Assembly: GCA_035285545.1 (NCBI GenBank)
Contig: JAYKGY010000104.1
Location: 146,650-210,649 of the forward strand
Origin: Snowella sp.
Lineage (GTDB): Bacteria; Cyanobacteriota; Cyanobacteriia; Cyanobacteriales; Microcystaceae
Reading direction: 5' to 3'
DNA length: 64,000 nt
Below the pieces are notes generated by a model. That model was not told where the DNA came from, searched no databases, and saw only the letters and a list, made by a program, of their open reading frames with translations. The position numbers and the translations under genes are program-made. Positions 10,830-20,808 of this stretch are shown piece by piece. Position 1 is the stretch's first letter; every line of letters starts with the position of its first letter.

Positions 10830-12002
10830 ATGAAATTTATTTGTAGTCAAAGCGATTTCAATAGCAACCTATCCCTCGTCAGTCGCGCCGTTCCCTCCCG
10901 TCCAACCCATCCTGTCCTGGGCAATGTACTGTTAGTTGCGGATGAAAAAGGGCGTGTAAGCTTAACAGGATTTGATCTAAGCTTAGGAATTCATACCAGT
11001 TTTGTAGCCGACGTTCCCCAAGGGGGCAAAATTACCCTCCCTGCCAAATTATTAGGAGATATTGTTTCCAAACTTCCTGATGGTGAATTAACCCTAACGA
11101 TTGATGAAGACAGCGAAGCAGGGGATACAGTCTTAGCAACCCTAACCTCAGCTTCTGGACGTTTCCAAATTCGAGGATTAACCGCAGATGAATATCCCGA
11201 ATTACCCACGGTTGATGAAACAACACCGCTCATGTTACCCGTTGGAGCCTTAAATGAAGGATTGCGGGGAACCCTCTTTGCGGCTAGTACCGACGAAACC
11301 AAGCAAGTTTTAACCGGAATTCACCTAAAAGGCTCGGCCGATAGCTTAGAATTTGCGGCGACCGATGGCCATCGTTTGGCGGTCGTGGAAGCTCCTACCC
11401 AAGTCGAAACCGAAGAAGGGGAAGAAGCCGTTCAAGCCAGTAATTTAGAAGATTTTTCCGTCACGATTCCTGCTAGAGCCTTACGGGAACTAGAACGGGT
11501 GTTATCGGCTCGGCAAGATAGCGATCTAGTTTCCCTGTGTGTGGATGAAACCCAAGTGATTTTTGAACTAGGCGATCAACGGTTAACGAGCCGTAAACTC
11601 GATGGAGCCTATCCCGCTTATCAACAACTCATTCCCCGCCAGTTTAGTCGTACCGCAACAATGGAGCGCAAACACTTACTGGGCAGTTTAGAACGGGTTT
11701 CAGTTTTAGCTGACCAAAAGAATAATTTAGTTAAATTTTCTTTAAATTCTGCTGATAATCAGTTAACCTTATCCGTTGAAGCTCAGGATTTAGGCAATGC
11801 GCGTGAATCCTTATCAATTAGTATGAATGGCGACAGCGGTGATATTGCCTTTAATGTCAAATATTTGATGGATGGCTTACGGGCCTTACCTAGTAGCGAT
11901 ATTCAAATGCAGCTAAATGAAGGCAATCAACCCGTGATTTTTACTCCCTTAGGGGGGTTAAAAATGACCTATTTAGTCATGCCTGTCCAGATTGTTCGGT
12001 AA
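10830..12002 (+). CDS. dnaN: DNA polymerase III beta clamp
   Basis: VSRAVPSRPTHPVL, ATDGHRL, IAFNVKYL, YLVMPV. Confidence 0.97.
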   Translation: MKFICSQSDFNSNLSLVSRAVPSRPTHPVLGNVLLVADEKGRVSLTGFDLSLGIHTSFVADVPQGGKITLPAKLLGDIVSKLPDGELTLTIDEDSEAGDTVLATLTSASGRFQIRGLTADEYPELPTVDETTPLMLPVGALNEGLRGTLFAASTDETKQVLTGIHLKGSADSLEFAATDGHRLAVVEAPTQVETEEGEEAVQASNLEDFSVTIPARALRELERVLSARQDSDLVSLCVDETQVIFELGDQRLTSRKLDGAYPAYQQLIPRQFSRTATMERKHLLGSLERVSVLADQKNNLVKFSLNSADNQLTLSVEAQDLGNARESLSISMNGDSGDIAFNVKYLMDGLRALPSSDIQMQLNEGNQPVIFTPLGGLKMTYLVMPVQIVR

Positions 12003-12263
12003 GACGTTAACGATGTTAGGCGTTGTCTAACACCTCTCCCTGATATTCGGTTCATTCTTATTTCCTTTCAATCTAGCCGTGAGACTTTTTCTGAGTTACC
12101 CATCACGTCAATTTAGAGTGGCTGATGATGACCGAGAGAAGGTGCAAGGAATCTCAGATTAGATTAGGATAGAGTTTGGGCGTTTAAGGGTTTCTTGTTT
12201 GTAACATTAAACTGAAGCCTGACTGCTAATGCTTTTTATCAACTTGCACCTGGTCTAAAATCG

Positions 12264-12491
12264 ATGCAAAAACGATCTCCTTTTGATTCTTCCCAAATTA
12301 TGTACCGTGCCGAAGAACTTCTACGGGCGGCTTCTAACCGATACCTTATTACTGTGCAAGTCGCAACCCGTGCAAAGCGTCGTCGTTATGAAGATTTTGA
12401 CAATATCGATGATCCGATGATGAAACCTGCTATTCGTGCCATTATCGAAATGTCGGATGAATTGACTCAGCCTGAGATTATTAGTGATTAA
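12264..12491 (+). CDS. rpoZ: RNA polymerase omega subunit
   Basis: [19 protein letters not shown]...[13 protein letters not shown], typical of cyanobacterial RpoZ. Confidence 0.9.
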   Translation: MQKRSPFDSSQIMYRAEELLRAASNRYLITVQVATRAKRRRYEDFDNIDDPMMKPAIRAIIEMSDELTQPEIISD

Positions 12492-12532
12492 TTTTATCTA
12501 GCCGAGAGCGTCTTTGTAGCACTTAAAAACTG

Positions 12533-13198
12533 ATGAGTATTGTATCCAAAATTGCTCATAGCTTGGTTTTCCTATTCCCCAACAGACATCATCGAATAGG
12601 AAAAGCTTTTTCATTTTTGCTCTTGCTTCTTCTCGGCCTAAGTTTTTCGATTTTGGGAAACTTAAATTCTTCGTTACCGAACGCGATCGCGCAAACCTCG
12701 CCCCCGCCGGTATCTATGGGTTTTTCTGGAAGAGTTGAAGACGCTTCAGCGATTGTTTATCAACAGTTACCCTATTTACCCAAAGAAAATCAATATCGTC
12801 GTCTGGATACAGGAGAAATTGACCCAAATCATACCTTAATTAGCCGCTTCATTCGCTATCATCAAGATCTTAAAAAACGAGCTACTCGTTACCGTTTAGA
12901 TTGGAAAATCACCTTTGCTGATTATCTCGGTGTTAATGATTTGATCGATCCCGATCAGTATCCTGGAAAACTGACACTACAAACCAATCCCGCCAATACT
13001 GATATTAAAGCCATTCAAGCCTTAAATCGCCGTCAACGCCAAGAGTTAGTCGATTTATTGACCTTAATTTATAAACCCAAAGCATCCGCTAATCCCACTC
13101 CACCCAAAGCGTCTCCCACGCCTCAAGTTACCCCGACGTTTGATCCCCGTAAACCAGCTCTAGGTCAACCTGGGGATGCCCAATTGTTGATGCCTTAA
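12533..13198 (+). CDS. Conserved cyanobacterial exported hypothetical protein
   Basis: Hydrophobic N-terminus, LPKENQY, RLDWKITFADYLG, Pro-rich tail ending PGDAQLL. Confidence 0.75.
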   Translation: MSIVSKIAHSLVFLFPNRHHRIGKAFSFLLLLLLGLSFSILGNLNSSLPNAIAQTSPPPVSMGFSGRVEDASAIVYQQLPYLPKENQYRRLDTGEIDPNHTLISRFIRYHQDLKKRATRYRLDWKITFADYLGVNDLIDPDQYPGKLTLQTNPANTDIKAIQALNRRQRQELVDLLTLIYKPKASANPTPPKASPTPQVTPTFDPRKPALGQPGDAQLLMP

Positions 13199-13205
13199 AA
13201 TTACG

Positions 13206-13574
13206 ATGGAGAATCGGCTGTTAAAACAGGGCAACGGTTGGCGGTTGGGATTCAATTCGGCTTCTGAAACCTATCAGGGTCTTGTTGGTGGGGAAGATTG
13301 GGCCATTGAGTTAACGACAGCAGAATGGCAAGATTTTTATCGGTTGGTTACCCAACTGAGCGATACCATGCAAGCTATGACCGCAGAATTAATGGATGGG
13401 GAAAAAATTGCCTGTGAGGCCGAAAGTGATCTGATCTGGGTTGAAGTAGCGGGTTATCCCCATGCCTACGAATTGCGTTTGATTCTCAGTCAGGGTCGTC
13501 GCTGTGAAGGAAACTGGCCGCCCGATGTTGTTCCTGAATTAATTCGTGCGCTACAAACTTGGACAGTTTTTTAG
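13206..13574 (+). CDS. DUF1818 family protein
   Basis: GNGWRLG, GLVGGEDWAIELT, LMDGEKI, GRRCEGNW. Confidence 0.8.
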   Translation: MENRLLKQGNGWRLGFNSASETYQGLVGGEDWAIELTTAEWQDFYRLVTQLSDTMQAMTAELMDGEKIACEAESDLIWVEVAGYPHAYELRLILSQGRRCEGNWPPDVVPELIRALQTWTVF

Positions 13575-14008
13575 GATTTAGCTTGAATGGTGAGGGTATA
13601 GCGTTCGAGTAAGGATGGTTCCCCTTCCCAAGGCCGCCAATGGTTGATGGTTATCGTTGTTTGGCCGGCTTTTTCAACCCGAAAAGTTAACAGGATTTCT
13701 CCGCCACCACCAATCAGTTGAGTAGTAGGGGTTATATAGCGGGTTTCTTCTAGGCTAACCACTCCATCGGTATTGGGCAAAAATTCCCATTGAAAGCCCG
13801 TTGTCAGATTTTCAGGCAGTTGGATTGAAAAGCGATCGCCGACGTTGAGGTTGAGTGTGGTTCCGTTCTCTTTTTGGGTCAGGATCATCAATTTTGTTGC
13901 CGTTTCAGCTTGCACAACCGTATTTTGAACAGGATCAATCAGGGTTAATCCTCCCAAAACTGACGCGATCGCCGATGCAATGACAAAACCTTTTACTAAA
14001 TCTTTCAT
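13571..14008 (-). CDS. Protease inhibitor I42 (chagasin) family, exported
   Basis: Signal peptide, ENLTTGFQW, GGGG and WRPWE motifs. Confidence 0.85.
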   Translation of the reverse strand: MKDLVKGFVIASAIASVLGGLTLIDPVQNTVVQAETATKLMILTQKENGTTLNLNVGDRFSIQLPENLTTGFQWEFLPNTDGVVSLEETRYITPTTQLIGGGGEILLTFRVEKAGQTTITINHWRPWEGEPSLLERYTLTIQAKS

Positions 14009-14015
14009 CAGAAAC

Positions 14016-14651
14016 TTATTCTTTAACTAAAACACCATTCAGAAAAATATCGGCCAATCCTTCTGCCATTTCCTGTAGGGCCTTAGGCGAAGCATCGGGT
14101 TCAATCGTTTGTTCCGAAAAGCCGGCCACCGCAAACATTCCGAGAAACACCTGGGCCACAATTTTGGGATTCATTGGCCGATAAATGCCCTTGTTCATCG
14201 CCGTTTGAAAAAAAGCTTCGGCCACATCCGTCATTTTATTAATAATTTCGGATTGGATGCGATCGCGGAGTTCGGGGTGAAACTGGGCTTCCACAAAACA
14301 GACTTGCAATAAATACTTATTTTCCTGCATTCGTAGCATCCGGCGACGCATCACTTGAGAAATCGCCTTATAACTTCCCATTTCGCTTAATTCGGTTAAT
14401 AAGTCGGTTAAAATTTCAATCCAACCCGAAGTAGCCACTTCCACTAAAATCGCCTTTTTATTAGCAAAATAACGAAATAAAGTTCCTTCTGCCACATTGG
14501 CCGCATGAGCCAAATCCTTCGTTGTGGTTCCTTCAAATCCCTGGGTTGCAAACAATCGTAGCGCGGCTTGCAAAATACGGGAACGGGTCGATTCTTCCGT
14601 AGTAACCTGACCTGGACGGGACGAAAGCAACTGCTGACGGAATCTTTCCAT
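14016..14651 (-). CDS. TetR/AcrR family transcriptional regulator
   Basis: ILQAALRLFATQGFEGTTTKDLA...GTLFRYFANK HTH. Confidence 0.93.
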   Translation of the reverse strand: MERFRQQLLSSRPGQVTTEESTRSRILQAALRLFATQGFEGTTTKDLAHAANVAEGTLFRYFANKKAILVEVATSGWIEILTDLLTELSEMGSYKAISQVMRRRMLRMQENKYLLQVCFVEAQFHPELRDRIQSEIINKMTDVAEAFFQTAMNKGIYRPMNPKIVAQVFLGMFAVAGFSEQTIEPDASPKALQEMAEGLADIFLNGVLVKE

Positions 14652-14822
14652 TATTCAAACCCCTTACCAAATGTCTCTATCGCTATTCTCCTCCAGAAAA
14701 TAAACAGGCTACGCTCCTGCTTCATATAACGTAGGAAAACGTTAGAAAAATTCCTGATTGCTTCTGAGAGCCTGATGTCATAATGAGAAAAGAATTTTGG
14801 CCCTATAATCGAGTTTTTGATT

Positions 14823-15284
14823 ATGACTGTAGATACCCCCTCCCTCGAAACCATCGAAACAACCTTGGAGAACCTAATCCCCCAAAGCCATGAAGAGGTG
14901 ATCGAAACGGTCATTAGCGGTATGGCTCAAAATGGCAGTGCAATGGTAAACGAACAGGGGCCAGGAGCCGTCTGGAAATTTCAATATGGCAGCGTGGAAG
15001 TCTTTGTCCAGTTAACAGGGGAAAGCGATGAAGACCTCTTAACCATTTGGGCCGCTGTGCTGCAATTGCCTGTCCAAGATGAAGCAGGTTTAATGAAAAA
15101 ATTGTTAACGATGAATTGGTCAGAGACCCTAGAAACCCGTTTTGCCCTCATGAATGATGAAGTCGTGGTGATCATGCAACGGGCTGTCGCCGATTTATCC
15201 CCTGGCGAGATTTCACGGGCAATTACCTTAGTTGCTACCATTGCCGATGATAATGACGATATTTTGCAGGAAACCTTTGCTTAG
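14823..15284 (+). CDS. YbjN / T3SS-chaperone-like domain protein
   Basis: WKFQYGSVEVFVQL, LSPGEISRAITLVATIADDND. Confidence 0.8.
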   Translation: MTVDTPSLETIETTLENLIPQSHEEVIETVISGMAQNGSAMVNEQGPGAVWKFQYGSVEVFVQLTGESDEDLLTIWAAVLQLPVQDEAGLMKKLLTMNWSETLETRFALMNDEVVVIMQRAVADLSPGEISRAITLVATIADDNDDILQETFA

Positions 15285-15332
15285 AGTACCACTCCTGTCG
15301 AATTACTACCCCATTTGGGGTTATTTTGCCCG

Positions 15333-18300
15333 TTAGATTTCTACAATAAAAATGGAACCCTGGGGATGATTGGGTTCAATGGCAAGGGTTCCTTGGTGGG
15401 CTTCGACGGCTATTTTGCAAAAGGCTAATCCTAAGCCCGTTTGATGAACGCCGGGTTTTAAGCTGCCGATTTCAAATTTATTAAAAATCTTCTGTTTTTC
15501 TGCTTCACTAATTCCTGCGCCGGTATCTGCAACTTTTACCTTAACGCGATTATCGGATAGATATTCCAAGCTTAAACTCACACTTCCGCCAGCAGGAGAA
15601 AATTTAAAAGCATTAGACATTAAATTGTCAATAATACGCCGCAGAATGGTCGTATCAACCCAAATACTCTTGCCAGGAGGCGGTAATTCACTCAAGAGAT
15701 TAATTTGAGAGGCACTCGCGACAAGATCAAAATCAGCGAGAACGGCCGAGCCTAATTGATGTAAATCCGTTTCTGTCGGGTTAAATAACAAGGTTCCCGA
15801 TTCGAGTTTGGCCATGAATAGGAGGCTATCAATCATGTTTTGCAGTTGCTTGCCCGAATCCAGTATTTGATCGGTTTTTTTGAGGATTAAGGGTTGAGAA
15901 TCAGGACGATTAATGTATTTACGCATCATGTTAGCGGCCAAGATCATGGTAGCTAGGGGATTCCGCAGATCATGGACGATCATATTTGACATATCTTCCC
16001 GCAAGGTGAGGGCTTCTTCCCGGAGTTGCAGTAGGGCTTGTAATTCCTGATTTTTTTGCTGGAGTTGCAATTCATAATGTTTGCGATCGGTAATATCCTG
16101 AAACATGCCGACAATGCCGATGACCTGATTATCCCCATCTCGTAGGGGAGCTTTATGGGCTTCAATCCAAATTAAATCTCCATTTTCTAAGGTCTGAGTT
16201 TCTTCAATGCCTTGCTCGGCAATGCCAGAATTCATAACTCGCTGATCGCTGATTCGATACAGTTGGGCCTGCTCCTGGGTCGGAGATAAATCAAAATCCG
16301 TTTTACCAATAATTTCTTCCGATGAATTTAAACCCAAAACGGATGCAAGTTGATGATTACACCCTAAAAAGACAGATTCCCGATTTTTCCAGAATAGGGG
16401 TAGGGGTACGGTATCGATAATGGTTTGAATAAATTGTTGCGATTCCCTTAAGGCTCTTTCGGCTTGTTTGCGATCGCTGATATCGAGAATAATCCCTTGC
16501 CAGAGAATATCGCCATTGGTCTGTTGTTCGGGAATAGCGGTTACTTGTAACCATTTTAGGATGCCATCGGAGGTGGTGATACGATGTTCTGAGTAAAACG
16601 GATTCAAGGTTTGAGCAGAGCTAGAGACCATATTCCGTAAGGTTTGAAGATCATCGGCATGGACTTTGGAAAATAAAACACTCGAATCCTCAAGGGCCGC
16701 TTCTACGGTCACCCCATAAATCGTTTTAATATAGGGATTGACGTAAATAAATTGATCGGTGCCATCGGGATGAAGGACATAGCGGTAAATCACCCCATGG
16801 ATGTTTTCCGTCAGTATCCGAAACTTCGCTTCACTTTCTTGGAGGGCAAGTTCTGTCTGTTTGCGATCGCTGATATCCTGAGCATTGCCAATAATTTCTT
16901 TAACCTTGCCCTGGGCATCTCGACTAAAAACCGTTTCCTTACTGACGAACCAACGCCAATGGCCTGCCTTATCTCGAATCCGATATTCAATTTCGATAAT
17001 TTCATCGTCCCTAATTTCTTCCTCCCGTTCCCTTCGTCCGACTTCTAAAACGCGATCGAGATCATCGGGGTGAATCAGTTGGCTGAGAAAAGCGGTCTCC
17101 ATCGCCAATAACTCATCAGGAGAATAACCCAGTAAGCTAAAAACCGTTTGATTGACAAAGATCAACCGTTCTAATTGCAGATCTTCTAAATAAATCAAGT
17201 TAGGAGAAGTATTGAGGATGCGTTCTACTAAATATTGACTGCGCTCTAGTTCTTCCGTTCTTTGGTAAACCCGATCTTCTAATTGATTGTTGAGTAAGGA
17301 TAAACGGTCAACTGCGGCCTGTAATTCCTGTTCCTTTTGCTTTAACAGCGTGAGATCAATATTGGTGCCGGAACTCCGTATAGGGCGGCCGTTGACATCT
17401 CTTTCCAGCCGTCCTCGGCTTAAGATCGGCACGTAATGGCCTTGCTTATGGCACATCCGAAATTCTACTTCGTCTGAGATTATGTTCGGATTCGCAAAAA
17501 TTGTATCTAGACGCGCTATCAACCGCTCTCGGTCTTCTGGATGAATTAAACTTTGCCAAACTGCAAAGGTGGATTCCAATTCCCCTGCTTCATAACCGAT
17601 CATGCGCCACCAACTCGGCGATAGATACAACTCATCGGTAACCATATCCCAATCCCACCAACCATCATTGGAACCCCTGAGTATCCGTTCTAAGCGGTCT
17701 TGTAGTTGTTTGACGGCAGTTTCAGCCTGTTTGCGATCGCTGATATCCATTAAAATTCCGGTTAACCCAGTCACCTGCCCCGACGCATCAATAATGGGTT
17801 TCCCCTTGGAGAATATATAGCCCGTTGAACCATCCGTCCGAATAATTTGAAAATCGCTTTCGTAGGGGGTTCTCGTTTCGAGGGACTGGCGAATAACCTG
17901 ATGACGGCGATCGCGATCGCTGGGGGCAATAAAATCCATCATCGTTGTGTGGGTCTGATTTGCCTGACTCGCATCCAATCCAAAAAGGTTTAGAACTTCA
18001 GGAGAAAACTGAACCATTTCGGTTTTAACATCCAAATACCAACTGCCTAAACGGGCGAATTCCTGCGTTTCCCGTAAAAGTGTGGTTTGTTGGACTAATT
18101 CCTGTTCAGTTTGTTCGTGTTGCGTCAATAGGGCTTGCAATTCGGCGGTTCTTTCTTCTACCTTTTGCTCCAGGGATTGGTTGAGCGTTTTTAATTCCCA
18201 GTACCAGTTCGCTTGTTGGATCGCGATCGCTAATTGCACCGATAACCGATCAATCAGACGAAGATCGGCTTCATCCCAGTGTCGAGGGCCAGAACATTGA

Positions 18301-19139
18301 TGAAATGCCAATAACCCCCACAGAAAATCCTGCTCCTGTTCCGTCGGCAACAAAATGGGAACCACTAAATTCGCTCGAATTTGAAATTGTTCGAGTAATT
18401 GCACATGACAGTCGGTTAAATGAGCCGCATAAATATCATCGGCTACAAAAATTTTGCCCTGATTATAGGCTCCTCCTAAATTTTTTTGAAAACAGGTATC
18501 CGTTATCTGGGTATGAAAACAAGAAGACCAGAGCGGAATGACCGATTCTGCGACAATTCCCCCACTCATATCAGCATTGAATTTATAAATAATCACCCGA
18601 TCCACGGCGAGAAATTCGCGAACTTCTGTGACAATAGCCTGATAAATCTCGTTTTGATTTAAAAATTTGCGGATATTCAGAGAAATTTGGGTTAAAAGAT
18701 CTTCCTGTTGTTGAAATCGAGCTAACTTTTGAGTAAGGCTGACCTGGTTAAGAACATTAGTAACGCAACGTCGCAGAAACGAGCCGCTGATATCTTCTTT
18801 AATCACATAATCGCTGGCTCCTAATTTCATCGCCTGAACTGCAATCCGTTCATCACCCGCTCCCGTCATCACAATGATTGGCAATTTAACGCTAGGATCG
18901 CTATTCTGAAAGGCTTCTAGAAATGTTAAACCGCTATTGTCAGGTAAATTAATATCAATTAAGGCTAAATTCGGTTGTTGTGATCGCCATAGGTCTAATC
19001 CCTCTTCTAAACTGCCGGCTTCTAGGATTTGATACCGGGCATTTTCATCCATTTGCAGAAAGCGACGGTACGCAGCGCGATCACTTTCGGAATCGTCCAC
19101 AATTAAAATTGTCGTGGCAGAATTGGGGGCCAAGTTCAT
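15333..19139 (-). CDS. Hybrid sensor histidine kinase: REC - cyanobacteriochrome GAF (DXCF) - multiple PAS/PAC - HisKA - HATPase
   Basis: N-terminal REC; GAF with TDTCF and LTDCHVQLL; about five PAS/PAC units ending DIS/TDRK-like; HDLRNPL; TGLGLAFC. Confidence 0.9.
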   Translation of the reverse strand: MNLAPNSATTILIVDDSESDRAAYRRFLQMDENARYQILEAGSLEEGLDLWRSQQPNLALIDINLPDNSGLTFLEAFQNSDPSVKLPIIVMTGAGDERIAVQAMKLGASDYVIKEDISGSFLRRCVTNVLNQVSLTQKLARFQQQEDLLTQISLNIRKFLNQNEIYQAIVTEVREFLAVDRVIIYKFNADMSGGIVAESVIPLWSSCFHTQITDTCFQKNLGGAYNQGKIFVADDIYAAHLTDCHVQLLEQFQIRANLVVPILLPTEQEQDFLWGLLAFHQCSGPRHWDEADLRLIDRLSVQLAIAIQQANWYWELKTLNQSLEQKVEERTAELQALLTQHEQTEQELVQQTTLLRETQEFARLGSWYLDVKTEMVQFSPEVLNLFGLDASQANQTHTTMMDFIAPSDRDRRHQVIRQSLETRTPYESDFQIIRTDGSTGYIFSKGKPIIDASGQVTGLTGILMDISDRKQAETAVKQLQDRLERILRGSNDGWWDWDMVTDELYLSPSWWRMIGYEAGELESTFAVWQSLIHPEDRERLIARLDTIFANPNIISDEVEFRMCHKQGHYVPILSRGRLERDVNGRPIRSSGTNIDLTLLKQKEQELQAAVDRLSLLNNQLEDRVYQRTEELERSQYLVERILNTSPNLIYLEDLQLERLIFVNQTVFSLLGYSPDELLAMETAFLSQLIHPDDLDRVLEVGRREREEEIRDDEIIEIEYRIRDKAGHWRWFVSKETVFSRDAQGKVKEIIGNAQDISDRKQTELALQESEAKFRILTENIHGVIYRYVLHPDGTDQFIYVNPYIKTIYGVTVEAALEDSSVLFSKVHADDLQTLRNMVSSSAQTLNPFYSEHRITTSDGILKWLQVTAIPEQQTNGDILWQGIILDISDRKQAERALRESQQFIQTIIDTVPLPLFWKNRESVFLGCNHQLASVLGLNSSEEIIGKTDFDLSPTQEQAQLYRISDQRVMNSGIAEQGIEETQTLENGDLIWIEAHKAPLRDGDNQVIGIVGMFQDITDRKHYELQLQQKNQELQALLQLREEALTLREDMSNMIVHDLRNPLATMILAANMMRKYINRPDSQPLILKKTDQILDSGKQLQNMIDSLLFMAKLESGTLLFNPTETDLHQLGSAVLADFDLVASASQINLLSELPPPGKSIWVDTTILRRIIDNLMSNAFKFSPAGGSVSLSLEYLSDNRVKVKVADTGAGISEAEKQKIFNKFEIGSLKPGVHQTGLGLAFCKIAVEAHQGTLAIEPNHPQGSIFIVEI

Positions 19140-19244
19140 GTTGGGACTTTGGAAAAAATAGAAGCGTCTTTCTCTCTATTACGGTTAAATAATTAACGAA
19201 TTTATTGTGTTACATTAATAGATTTTGTATTATTACACAAATCC

Positions 19245-20201
19245 TTAGTTTTTAGTAGGTAATAGCCGAATAACTCCTCCATAGTTTTCATCATCGGTAC
19301 CGATATAAATTTCTGGCAGTTGATTCTGGATGGGGCGAATTGCAAGACTTTCGACTTTAAAGCCATCGATTTCGGCGATCGCGTCTGGTGAAGATGTTAA
19401 TTGAATAATCGGCGAATGATGACGATCTAAAATAATTTTACCAATTTTCCAAACGGAACTTTTAAAAGGGCCATTATCTTGATTCGGATCAAAAGCAGAA
19501 GCGATATAGAGATTTCCAATATCATCAATAACTAAATCGGAAATATGACGAATCTGGGGCGTTTTATCGGGGGTAGTAAAAGCGGTTAACTGGCAGTTCC
19601 CCATCCTAAAAGGTTCCAAAGAAAGGGACGTAATACAAATCTCGGTTTTGGGTTTACCGCCTGCGCGATCGCCGTACAAAAGATAATAATTATCCTGAAA
19701 ACGGTCAACGGCAATGCCTTCAATGTTGCTATCCCCAATCGTTTTAGGCCAATTCGTGACGGCAATGGGGGTTAGGGTTGAATTTTGAAACTGCATTAAA
19801 AAGAGGCGACCTGAATGATCTTGATGATTACCGCTTTCGGCCAAAATAAACGAATCGGTTTGGGGAATCCGGGCCATACTTTCTAGATCGAGGGCAACAC
19901 CGCCGACTTTTTCCCAATCGATGTTTAACGGTTGCCAAGTAATGCCTGCGGAAGAGTGGGGAAGGGTGATCAGGCTAACTCTGGGTTGTTGGGGGTCTTT
20001 ACTTTTACTGTCATGGACGGCTAAAAATTGGTCATCCTGTAGCCAAGCCAAGCCACTGAGGTCGGGCAGGTTAGGCTTTGTCTCTACGTTATTAATATTT
20101 TGGGCTAGGGAAGAATAACTCAAGAGCGCGATCGCGGCGACTATCATTACCGTTCCTAACAGACCTAACTCAATCTTTTGTCTCAAATGATTATTTTTCA
20201 T
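19245..20201 (-). CDS. Exported hypothetical protein, probable beta-propeller
   Basis: Signal peptide; repeated DLSGL/DLESM/NIEGI/KVESL blade-like motifs; GTDDEN. Confidence 0.65.
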   Translation of the reverse strand: MKNNHLRQKIELGLLGTVMIVAAIALLSYSSLAQNINNVETKPNLPDLSGLAWLQDDQFLAVHDSKSKDPQQPRVSLITLPHSSAGITWQPLNIDWEKVGGVALDLESMARIPQTDSFILAESGNHQDHSGRLFLMQFQNSTLTPIAVTNWPKTIGDSNIEGIAVDRFQDNYYLLYGDRAGGKPKTEICITSLSLEPFRMGNCQLTAFTTPDKTPQIRHISDLVIDDIGNLYIASAFDPNQDNGPFKSSVWKIGKIILDRHHSPIIQLTSSPDAIAEIDGFKVESLAIRPIQNQLPEIYIGTDDENYGGVIRLLPTKN

Positions 20202-20240
20202 CTGCGATTCTTAATTCAAAGTTTTAAATAAATTTAATAT

Positions 20241-20273
20241 AAAAAAGCGATCACTAAGAGTATTAATGATCGC
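20241..20273 (-). terminator. Rho-independent terminator
   Basis: Minus strand GCGATCATTAA-TACTC-TTAGTGATCGC-TTTTTT downstream of the 20299 ORF. Confidence 0.7.
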
Positions 20274-20298
20274 AGGAATAAATTTAAGTGATAAATCA

Positions 20299-20733
20299 TT
20301 AATTATTAGGTGTTCCTCCTGTAAAACGTTTATAAGACGAAGGGGGAGAAGTCACTGGCACGTTACCTTTAGAATCTATGGGGTTCGAGTTTGGATTAAT
20401 ATTTTGAGCAGGGGGAACAGGTAGAGAACTAGGAGAGTTTGGGATAGAAGGCGGAGGTGTAACTGGCAAAGTTGGTAAAGTATTTTCAGTAGAATGTTTA
20501 CAGAGTGGATCTGCTCCATATACCCCGTTATTTATTCTGGTAAAATCAAGGAAAAATTTTTCACCAAGTTTTAGCTCATCGTTTGGCCCATAGCAGAGTG
20601 ATGAGGGAAAAAGAGTATCAACAGGTGGATAATAGTCTCTATTTGTTATACCTTGACTATTAGCAGATAAAGATACACTTACAGTAAAAAGCAACGCATA
20701 TATTACAGGGCGATATTCGTTCATTGTATTCAT
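20299..20733 (-). CDS. Exported Pro-rich hypothetical protein
   Basis: Signal-like N-terminus, two Cys, Pro/Ser/Asn-rich tail; follows the lipoprotein gene. Confidence 0.6.
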   Translation of the reverse strand: MNTMNEYRPVIYALLFTVSVSLSANSQGITNRDYYPPVDTLFPSSLCYGPNDELKLGEKFFLDFTRINNGVYGADPLCKHSTENTLPTLPVTPPPSIPNSPSSLPVPPAQNINPNSNPIDSKGNVPVTSPPSSYKRFTGGTPNN

Positions 20734-20808
20734 TGTTATTGCAAGATAAGACTAAATTTTGGGTCAACTTAACTAAGCTATTATTCATATTCATTTACAA
20801 TTAAATAA

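Noticed and set aside
14651..14914. 87-aa ORF between tetR and the YbjN gene, and the many other short ORFs nested in long genes
   Set aside because: Shadow ORFs overlapping well-supported genes or divergent promoters, with no protein motifs.
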